9,306 bases of DNA from Selaginella moellendorffii (taxonomy: Eukaryota; Plantae; Lycopodiophyta), in NCBI RefSeq assembly GCF_000143415.4, contig NW_003314623.1:1-9306 (forward strand), in the 5' to 3' direction. Below are positions 1 to 7,829 of this stretch, one piece after another (position 1 is the first letter of the stretch; the number at the start of each line of letters is the position of its first letter). The notes under the pieces were generated by a model. That model did not search any database and was not told the origin of the DNA. It was given only the letters and a program-made list of their open reading frames with translations. Position numbers and translations under genes: made by a program.

Positions 1-3
1 CAA

Positions 4-14
4 CTCCACCACCC
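4..14 (-). promoter_or_regulatory. Probable polypurine tract followed by TG (possible start of the 3' LTR at 2..1)
   Basis: Minus strand reads GGGTGGTGGAG-T-TG at the window edge. An alternative candidate is AAGTGGGGGGA-TG at 89-99. Confidence 0.45.
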
Positions 15-191
15 ATAGAAGATTGCGATGCCCACATCGAACGTCTCTCTTTTGATCCTACGACTTGTTGACCATGTCTCCAGGGGCATCCCCCCACTTA
101 GTGGTGTGCCTAAGTTAGCCTCCCTGGCCAAGAGCTCATGATAACGGAATATAGGTGTCCCTGTACTCCCCACCTCACCATGCCCTAGTAT

Positions 192-250
192 GGGGTCGGG
201 ACTCGAACCCAGCCTTGCTTTACTAGGGGGTTGGGACTCGAACCCAACCT
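192..250 (-). repeat. Two 24-nt direct repeats (35-nt period), each a tRNA T-arm/B-box-like hairpin
   Basis: Minus strand AGGTTGGG-TTCGAGT-CCCAACCCC (227-250) and AGGCTGGG-TTCGAGT-CCCGACCCC (192-215). Confidence 0.85.
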
Positions 251-448
251 CCGTAGAATACGTCTACGGATTCGACATCCCCGCAGGGAGTCGGGTGTAG
301 CTCCCTATGCCTGGTCGACCTAGTTAACCCATGCTAATTAGCTTACCTTCGGCGCGCCTTCGGGTCCCAACATATGCCACTTGCTCAACTTTGCAAATTG
401 GTATTTTTAATTGAACTTTGCATAAGTACATAGAGTTCTGCCTTGCAG

Positions 449-604
449 AAATTCCTCCACTAGATCTTGCGCGTTCGCTATGTTCTCCTCCGGTTCCCAT
501 GTTGCTTCGCAGTGTGGAAATCCTTTCCACTTCACATGGAACTCTCTCACCTCGCGTCCTTGTCGCTTGCTCTTGTGCGCATTGAGGATGGCCTCGACTT
601 CGTA
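449..604 (-). other. Chromodomain at the integrase C-terminus (group I-like, aromatic residues Y/W/F retained)
   Basis: EYEVEAIL...FHVKWKGFPHCEATWEPEENI..AQDLVEEF in ORF 407-811. Confidence 0.93.
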
Positions 605-788
605 TTCTTCTTCCCCTTGGATAACCTTAGGTAAAGGTCTTACTTGGTCCTTGCGAAGCGGATCCTCAAAGTACGGCTTGAGTAAGTTCACGTGGAACAC
701 TAGGTGCATCTTCCCCATCTCTCGAGGAAGTCGGAGTCGGTAAGCCACTTTACCGATTCGTGCCTCAATCTCATAAGGCCCTGCGAAC

Positions 789-840
789 CTGCTTAAGGAA
801 CTCAAGATCAATTCATTTACAGGAATACATGCATTTTTAC
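789..840 (-). other. Predicted 52-nt spliceosomal intron just before the integrase GPY motif
   Basis: CAAAG|GTAAAAATGCATGTATTCCTGTAAATGAATTGATCTTGAGTTCCTTAAGCAG|GTTC. GT-AG ends, 33% GC; removal joins ORF 837-1301 to ORF 407-811 in frame, giving SRKLTQRFAGPY. Confidence 0.87.
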
Positions 841-1257
841 CTTTGGGTCAACTTTCGGCTGATCCCACTTGGTAGCCTGAGGTTCTTGGTGTTCAGCCAC
901 ACCTTCTCCCCAGCTTGGAACTCCACATCCCAATGCTTTTGGTTCGCGTACTTAGTTTGTCTTTGTTGAGCCCGTTCAAAGGAATCCCTCACTAGATTCC
1001 AAATGTTGAGTCTTTCCGCCGTGAATGCCTTAACTGCGGGTAACTCTCCATGATACTCGGCCATGCTGAGTTCCACAGGACCTTCAATAGCTCGCCCATT
1101 GATGACTTCCCATGGACTCACCCCAATGCTCGAATGTGGTGAGTTGTTATAACACATTTCCGCAAGTCCCAAATGACTTACCCAGTCGGTCTGGTCTCCC
1201 GAGACATAGCATCGCAAATAATCCTCCAGCTGCCTATTCACCTTTCCGTTTGTCCGT

Positions 1258-1304
1258 CTGTCAAGAAGTGTTAGTGCCATCAATCTTGACTTAATACCCA
1301 TTAC
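1258..1304 (-). other. Predicted 47-nt spliceosomal intron in the integrase core
   Basis: ACAG|GTAATGGGTATTAAGTCAAGATTGATGGCACTAACACTTCTTGACAG|AC. GT-AG ends, CACTAAC branch motif (1270-1276), 38% GC, in-frame TAA; removal rebuilds HPQT-D-GQTER. Confidence 0.82.
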
Positions 1305-2046
1305 CTGTTTGTGGGTGATAGGCTGTGCTGAATTTCAACTTGGTGCGATACTGTTTTAGGAGTGTCCTCCAGAACCTACTGGTGAAGATCTTATCTCGAT
1401 CTGAGATAATCTCTTCCGGCCTTCCCCGCACTCAAACCACTTGTTCGAAGAACAGCTTCGTCACACCTTCCGCATCCACTTCCGTTGTGGTGGGTATGAA
1501 ATGTGCCATCTTTGAAAATCGGTCCACCACCATGAATATCGCATCGAACCCCTCACTTGGGGGTAGTCCCATGATGAAGTCTATCGTGAGACATTTCCAT
1601 GGACGATCTGGAATGGGGATGCTTTGCAACAAGCCCCCACTAGCCTTCGTCACGGCTTTGACCTGCTGACATGTTGGATATGTCTTTACATAGTCTTGGA
1701 CGTCCTTAGCCATATCTGGCCAGTGATACTTCCTTTTGAGTAAGCCCATCGTCTTGGGCACTCCGCCGTGTCCCGCGAGAGGTCCGTCATGACACTCTTC
1801 CAAGGCTACCTTCCTTAGTTCCCCTTCTGGAACATACACCCTCGTTTGCTTGTAATATATGAGTCCGTTGCGTTCCGCATAGCCCGTTTTCTCTTCCGTT
1901 GGCAGCTCACCTCTCTGGTGAGCTTCCCGCGCCTCTAGATTCCTCAGCAACACTTCTTGTGCTACACCATCGTTCTCATATGCTATCCGCACATCGTCCC
2001 AGAAGGTTGTTGTTGCGCTGGATATCGCCAACCTCAAGCTCGCTTT

Positions 2047-2390
2047 TCAACTTAGCGCATCTGCCATGATGTTGCTCTTCCCAGGCTTATACAAAATCTC
2101 ACAATCAAACTCGGCCAAGGCATTGGCCCACCGACCTTGTTTCCCTCTTAGGTCAGGCTGTGACAAGAAGTGTTTCGTTGCCACATTGTCCGTGTAAACC
2201 TTGAAGTGTCTCCCAAGGTAGTGTCGCCACTCCTTGAGCGCCTTGACCACCGCAAACAATTCCTTCTCGTGGGCAGGCCACTTCCGTTGAGCCTTGTCCA
2301 ACTTCTTCGAGAAGAACGCTACTGGATGGTTGTCTTGCTTCAAAACTGCGCCCAACGCAAAGTCCAAAGCATCCGTGTCTACCTCAAAGT
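2047..2390 (-). pseudogene. RNase H domain (Ty3/Gypsy type)
   Basis: [53 protein letters not shown]. Confidence 0.95.
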
Positions 2391-2659
2391 CCTTACCAAA
2401 ATCTGGTAATGCCAACACCGGAGCCTTCCTCAACTTCCCTTTGAGGTGGACGAATGCCGCCTCGCATTCTGCTGTCCATACCATCTTCCCTTTTCCTGTT
2501 TGGTCCGTTAAGGGTAGGGCTACTCTCGAATAGTGTCTGATAAACTTTTGATAGTAGTTGCATAGCCCCAAGAACGCCCTCAACTCATGTACATTTGAAG
2601 GTCGCTCCCATTCCTGGATCGCTTGGACCTTCTCCGGGTCCACCTTGAGCCCGTCCTGG

Positions 2660-3200
2660 CCCACCACATGCCCGAGAAACTTTACCTCTTGTTGAGCAAA
2701 GTCACATTTGCTCTCTTTAGCATATAGTTTGTGTTCCCTTAGTTTCTCAAACACCTTCACCAAGTGTTCGGCATGCTCCTCTAGCGTCTCACTATAGATC
2801 AGGATGTTGTCGATATAGACGACCACGAAGTGATCCAGATAGGGTACAAAGATGTGGTTCATTAGCACTGAAAACGTGGCCGGCGCATTGCATAGCCCAA
2901 AGGGCATCACCAAAAACTCAAAGCTCCCATACCTCGTTCGACAAGTTGTCTTCTCGACATCTTCCTCGGCTACCCTGATCTGGTAGTATTCTGACCTTAG
3001 GTCAATCCTCGAGAAGTATTTTGCCTTTCCCAACCTATCGAACAAGTCCTCAATCCTTGGCAAAGGGTACTTGTTCTTCTTTGTATACTTGTTGAGCAAC
3101 CGGTAGTCTATGCACATGCGCATAGAACCATCTTTCTTTTTCACAAATAACACCGGCGCCCCATACGGCGACTTGCTCAACCTAACATACCCTTTGTCCA
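2660..3200 (-). pseudogene. Gypsy reverse transcriptase domain (approximate bounds; catalytic YIDD altered to YIDN)
   Basis: [59 protein letters not shown] (YIDN at 2806-2817), FLGHVV. Confidence 0.97.
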
Positions 3201-3583
3201 CCAACTCCTCTAGTTGGCTCTTGAGCTCCTTGAGTTCTTTTTCGTTCAAACGATAGGTGGGACAAACTACTGCCTCAGCACCCTTGACCAGCTCAATCTT
3301 ATGTTCTATCGATCGTGCGGGGGGCAACCCCGCCAGTAGCTCCTCCAGCATGGTATCCTGGAATTGGTCCAACACCCGCTGGATCACCAAAGGTACTTCT
3401 TCCTTTCCTGTCTTTTTGTCACTCTTCACCGAGAGTAAGCACAAAAAGGCTGCCTTAGTTCCTTTGGTGAGTTGTCCTCTTGTAGACATCAGATTTAAGC
3501 AGGAATCTTTGGCCTTACTTTGCCCTACCTTTAGATCCTGGGCCTCCACCCTAGATCTTCTTCCTTGGGCATTTGCCAGTACC

Positions 3584-3683
3584 NNNNNNNNNNNNNNNNN
3601 NNNNNNNNNNNNNNNNNNNNNNNNNNNNNNNNNNNNNNNNNNNNNNNNNNNNNNNNNNNNNNNNNNNNNNNNNNNNNNNNNNN
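3584..3683. other. Assembly gap (100 N, probably a placeholder size)
   Basis: Run of N. Confidence 0.99.
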
Positions 3684-3960
3684 TTCCGAAGATCACGTCA
3701 AATCCCGCCATGTCCAACACGGTGAAATCCATGTCTACTTTCCATGTCCCTACTTCGACTCTCGCTTGTCAAAGTACCTCATCGGTGCTTTGGCTACCTT
3801 GAACAAACTCTGTAGTCCTTGGTTCGCCTAGCCGCTGCACCGTTAGTCCGGCTTGCCGGACTATGTTTGCAGCCACAAAATTATCCGAAGCACCCGTGTC
3901 AATAAGGATCTTAACAAAGCTGCCTCTGAGCTTCCCTCGGAGGGCTAGTAGATGTCGCGA
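3684..3960 (-). pseudogene. Aspartic protease domain (approximate bounds)
   Basis: ILIDTGASDNFV active site (DTGA at 3889-3900) and C-terminal FDVIFG motif; in-frame TGA at 3769-3771. Confidence 0.9.
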
Positions 3961-4083
3961 ACGACTCTTTACCAAAGTTGCTCGTGTAATGAGTAACTTT
4001 GAGTTAGGGACTAGATCACATACCTCAGTTTGGACTTCACCCGACTTGATGGCCATATTGGCTCTGGCCTTCTTCGGGTAGGG

Positions 4084-5223
4084 ACATTCCCTCGAAAAGT
4101 GTCCCGCTTCACCGCAGTTGTAGCATACGTTGTTTCCCACGCTGCTAAACGACTTGACCTTTTTATCTGTGGGTTTGTCTCTTTTCGCTTGACTTCCCCA
4201 CGTACTCGCTCGCTGGTCACCGGATTTGCCTTTCCGGAACCCCGAGGACTCATTCTTAGAGAAACTCTTCTTGAATTTCCCCTTGCTATATGTTCCCCTC
4301 GGTTTGGCCCCTTTGTGAAACGTGGATCCCGACCCTGTCGTGTTCCCCTTTCGCAGGTTATCGTTGAAATGCACCTTGATGGCCGCATCTAACGCTTCCT
4401 TGTAGTTGGTCGGGTTTCAGCGCATCACCTCACCGCGAGCCCAGGTTTGCAAACCTGATATAAAGGCATGGAACGCATCCATATCCCCCATGTCCGTGAC
4501 AAGTATCCTCTTTGCCATGAACCCATTCACATATTCTTGGATGGTTCCAATCTGCTTCAGCCTACTCAGCTCATCTCTCAGATGCAGAGTGGCATTCGGA
4601 GGAACGTATGTTGCGCGGATCCTCGCCTTCATCATGTCCCAAGTGGCCACCGGTCCTTCGTTGGCTTCTGTTGTTCTCCACCAAGACTTGGCATTATCTG
4701 CCAAGTATGGTTTCGCACATGGGACCTTCTCCGAGCTCGGTAACCGCAACGCTCGGAAGTAGTCCTCCATATCGTAAAACCAATCCTCCACAACCTTATA
4801 GTCGTTCACTCCCTTGAACACCGGTGGGGGCTTTGGTTTGTACTTGGGAACTGCCTGAGGGACTGATTCCACTTCGGTCTGTTCGACCTTGTCTGGTTTT
4901 GCCTCAGTCCCTGCCGAAGGGTCCACACCTTCTGCGCTGCCAGCATCCGCAGTCTTTCGCTTTTTCTTCCGCTTCTCGTCACGCTTTAACTTGCATACGA
5001 GAGTCTCTAGCAGGGCATTGGTCTGTGCCAACTGTCCTTCTAGCACGTCCAATCGAGCCTTGGACGACAGAACCTCGCCACCGGACTCCTGTTTGGAAGT
5101 TTCCTCACTGGAGTCCTCCTCATGCAAGGATTCCTCATCCATAGCCTCTTGTTCAACCGGAGGCTCCAGCTCTGGCGGAGGTTCCGTCTCCGCCTAGGTT
5201 CGCTTACACCCTGCCCTTGCCAT
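4084..5223 (-). pseudogene. gag: Gag (retrotransposon gag/capsid domain plus CCHC nucleocapsid knuckle)
   Basis: KPPPVFKG..VEDWFYDMEDYF..YLADNAKSWW..TWD..LRDELSRLKQIGTIQEYVNGF..FISGL is typical retrotrans_gag. CYNCGEAGHFSREC (CX2CX4HX4C) lies at 4084-4125. Confidence 0.9.
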
Positions 5224-5256
5224 CTCCCAGCAATCCGCCTCTATCCTTCGCTACAA

Positions 5257-5322
5257 CTGAGGAAAAGGCTCCGATACCAAATTGTAAGCCACAAATTTTT
5301 CCTTTCCAATTTGCTAACTTAC
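5257..5322 (-). other. Candidate 66-nt 5' leader intron spanning the LTR terminus and PBS
   Basis: GAG|GTAAGT consensus donor (5317-5322), CTTAC branch-like motif at the LTR end, CCTTTTCCTCAG acceptor ending 5257, 38% GC. Non-coding, so no reading-frame test is possible. Confidence 0.6.
5267..5279 (-). promoter_or_regulatory. Primer binding site for tRNA-iMet
   Basis: TGGTATCGGAGCC versus canonical TGGTATCAGAGCC (one A>G, allowing G:U pairing), separated by ATT from the LTR end ...GGCTTACA. Confidence 0.9.
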
Positions 5323-5860
5323 CTCGTCTATCCGTCCGACACTGCCTTGGCTTTTGCTAAGTTCCCTCGCCAAGGTTCTCGCCTATGGTACTAACTCCTT
5401 ACTTGGTCCTACTTGCTTTCAGCTACTCACTACACGAGCAACGGAGCATTAGCCATCCATCCTCGGATTCCCAATTCTCTCCCAATCCCCCTCCCCGGGT
5501 TAGACTAGACTTAAGGTTCGGCTACACTCCCTGCAGGCACAAGCAGTCAAACACATCAAGCCTCCAGGTTCCTAACACCCCTTGGTACAACAAGACTTGA
5601 TCATGGGACCCTCTAAATCCCAAGCCTTGGGTGCAGCACTTGCTTCGGGACGTCAGGGCGAAACACCGTGGCCTAACGGCCCGGTATGGGTACCTCTAGC
5701 CTGCCATTTCCATCCTGAAGGAAGGCCCATGCCCCTAGGCAGGGCGAGGACCAATGAGCCGCATGGTACTCAAGTGAGGCACCACTCCACATGAGCCGGG
5801 AGCACCGCAATCGGTTTCCCTTTCGGGAGTGGGAGCTGCTCTTGAGCACTTCCTTGGATG
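5283..5860 (-). repeat. 5' LTR of the Gypsy element (partial; upstream part lost in the N gap)
   Basis: Non-coding segment ending in ...TTACA directly before the PBS. No second copy is in the window to confirm its extent. Confidence 0.75.
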
Positions 5861-6387
5861 NNNNNNNNNNNNNNNNNNNNNNNNNNNNNNNNNNNNNNNN
5901 NNNNNNNNNNNNNNNNNNNNNNNNNNNNNNNNNNNNNNNNNNNNNNNNNNNNNNNNNNNNNNNNNNNNNNNNNNNNNNNNNNNNNNNNNNNNNNNNNNNN
6001 NNNNNNNNNNNNNNNNNNNNNNNNNNNNNNNNNNNNNNNNNNNNNNNNNNNNNNNNNNNNNNNNNNNNNNNNNNNNNNNNNNNNNNNNNNNNNNNNNNNN
6101 NNNNNNNNNNNNNNNNNNNNNNNNNNNNNNNNNNNNNNNNNNNNNNNNNNNNNNNNNNNNNNNNNNNNNNNNNNNNNNNNNNNNNNNNNNNNNNNNNNNN
6201 NNNNNNNNNNNNNNNNNNNNNNNNNNNNNNNNNNNNNNNNNNNNNNNNNNNNNNNNNNNNNNNNNNNNNNNNNNNNNNNNNNNNNNNNNNNNNNNNNNNN
6301 NNNNNNNNNNNNNNNNNNNNNNNNNNNNNNNNNNNNNNNNNNNNNNNNNNNNNNNNNNNNNNNNNNNNNNNNNNNNNNNNNNNNNNN
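5861..6387. other. Assembly gap (527 N) hiding the Gypsy/Copia junction
   Basis: Run of N. Confidence 0.99.
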
Positions 6388-7330
6388 GTTGGTGATGTGT
6401 TGTATTGACTCAAGGCAATAGTAGCATATGTGGGGCGAGTCATCAATGCCAAATATGTGAGGCAACCAATGAGATGCCGATAGGGAGTCCCAGTGGGTAG
6501 AGGCTCACCAGACTGCTCAACTGTGAGGTCGATAGCACCAACGACCATCGGGGTCTTGACGGGGTGGCAATCACGCATACCAAACCGATCCAGCAAGACT
6601 TCGACTTTACATCGTTGGCTGCATGTAGCCACCAGACTCAACGTGTGACTTCAAAGCCAAGAAAGTAGGAGACTTGGCCAAGGTCCTTCATCTGGAATTG
6701 CTGGCTGAGAGCAGCTTTCAGAGCAGCAATGGCATCGGTGTCATCACCCATGATGAGCAAATCATCAACATAGAGGGCCACAATAAGCATGTGCTCAGCA
6801 TGACCATTCACATACACATTGTGATCAGCATGACAGTGACGAAAGCCTTGAGCGCGTAGGGTGGCATCAAATTTTTGATACCAAATACAGGAGCTCTGTT
6901 TTAGGCCATACAAAGCTTTCCGCAATTGCCATATAGGGCCACCAAGGGCAACATCGTCCTCAAAACCAGGAGGTATATGCATATAGATGTCCTCTTGCAA
7001 ATCCCCATTCAAAAATGCAGTTTTGACGTCCATATGGTGGACTTGCCATTTGTGAGCAGCTGCAAGTGCAAAAAGAGTACGGAGGTTGGCCATTTTTACA
7101 ACTGGTGAGAATGTTTCATTGTAGTCAAGGCCATGGACTTGGCGAAAACCATGAACAACCAACCGTGCCTTATAACATACAACCTGACCATCTTTCCCAT
7201 ACTTTTTGGAAAAAATCCATTTTGGATCCAAAACACGTCATCCCAATGGCGCTGAATCAATTGGAACATAAGTTCCGTTAACCTGAATGGAAGAAACTTC
7301 TTCCGCAATAGCTTCCATCCAAGATGAAGC
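6388..7330 (-). pseudogene. Copia reverse transcriptase (RVT_2-type), cut by the gap before RNase H
   Basis: WMEAIAEE, YKARLV, DYNETFSPV, MDVKTAFLNG, LYGLKQ, LYVDDLLI, MKDLG..FLG, YRHLIGCLTYL..TRP. Confidence 0.96.
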
Positions 7331-7618
7331 CTCAGGTCCTGAGACGGCCTCATCATAGGTCATGGAGATGCTGACGTCAACAAGGACACAAAAGTCATCA
7401 AGCTTTGCAGCATCTGCTTCAGCATTTTCCCAGACTTTCAACGAGGGCCGACGTTCCCGGGGGTGATCAAGAACTGGCATCGGATCAGGCATGCCATGAC
7501 GTCGACAAGGTGGTGGAGGTGTTGGAGGCCTGTCCTCGACTGGAGGAGCATCAGCTGGTTCAAGCATGTCTAGAAGTGGAGGATTCCCTAGTGGAATCTC
7601 TGGTGGCAACTCATGAAT

Positions 7619-7788
7619 AGGATCTTGAGGTGGAGGCAAGAGTGGACCATCTCCCATAAGTGGATCAAAGGAACAAGTCAAGTCTCAGCAATGAAAGAAG
7701 GATCTTGAGGCAGAGGCAAGAGTGGACCATTTCCCATAAGTGGATCAAAGGAACAAGTCGAGTCTCAGCAATGAAAGAAGGATCTTGA
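7619..7788. repeat. 80-bp tandem duplication in the Copia IN-RT spacer
   Basis: Units start at 7621 and 7701 (gatcttgagg...atgaaagaag) with a partial third at 7781; 4 mismatches in 80. Confidence 0.95.
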
Positions 7789-7829
7789 AGAGCCTTTGTA
7801 CGCATGGGAAAGTCGTCTTCATTGAACAT

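Larger units (their letters stand above)
670..1800 (-). pseudogene. Integrase (HHCC zinc finger, DDE core, GPY/F), interrupted by two predicted introns (approximate bounds)
   Basis: [53 protein letters not shown]|DGQTER, YNNSPHSSIGVSP, KLTQR|FAGPY, HLVFHVNLLKPY. Confidence 0.95.
407..5223 (-). pseudogene. gag-pol: Single-frame gag-pol polyprotein gene (Gag-PR-RT-RH-IN-CHD), disrupted, with two predicted introns in IN
   Basis: ORFs 4417-5142, 3769-4374, 2047-3732 and 1432-2037 share one frame and are separated only by single TGA codons. An in-frame upstream ATG lies at 5223 (MARAGCKRT*AETEPP...). Coding continues through ORFs 837-1301 and 407-811 after removing two GT-AG inserts and allowing one 1-bp deletion near 1241. 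Frame continuity crosses a 100-N gap. Confidence 0.9.
1..5860 (-). mobile_element. Ty3/Gypsy chromovirus LTR retrotransposon (Tcn1/Galadriel-like by motif resemblance), decayed; the 5' LTR runs into the N gap and the 3' LTR probably lies left of the window
   Basis: Domain order gag-PR-RT-RNaseH-IN-chromodomain on the minus strand; PBS TGGTATCGGAGCC 3 nt after an LTR end ...TTACA; purine tract near window start. Confidence 0.96.

Noticed and set aside
89-99. AAGTGGGGGGA-TG as PPT and 3' LTR start
   Set aside because: Following bases (TGCCCC) do not mirror the 5' LTR end (TTACA), so the site at 4-14 is preferred; neither can be verified here.
192-280. tRNA gene or tRNA-derived SINE
   Set aside because: Only T-arm-like hairpins; no A-box, D-arm, anticodon arm or acceptor stem recognised.
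281-302. Inverted similarity to LTR 5521-5537 (gctaca..ctccctgc), possible long-range RNA pairing
   Set aside because: Only about 14 matching bases with a 5-nt gap; compatible with chance.
3479-3530. AAG|GTAGGG donor-like site in the PR-RT spacer as a further intron
   Set aside because: Frame is open without splicing, the acceptor (AAG) is weak, and no conserved motif is restored.
3769-4419. Programmed stop readthrough at TGA 4417 or 3769 as gag/pol control
   Set aside because: They fall inside Gag and inside the protease rather than at the boundary, and match the CGA>TGA decay seen elsewhere.
480-5600. Numerous plus-strand ORFs of 60-180 aa
   Set aside because: Antisense shadows of gag-pol with no recognisable motifs.
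5640-5860. Hairpin-rich LTR segment with CCC-GAAA-GGG-AAAC, considered as a retrozyme-like hammerhead ribozyme
   Set aside because: No CUGANGA core found suitably placed on either strand; only short local hairpins are supported.
5673-6465. Long ORFs across the 527-N gap
   Set aside because: Artefacts of translating N; only the Copia RT part (6388-6641) is meaningful.
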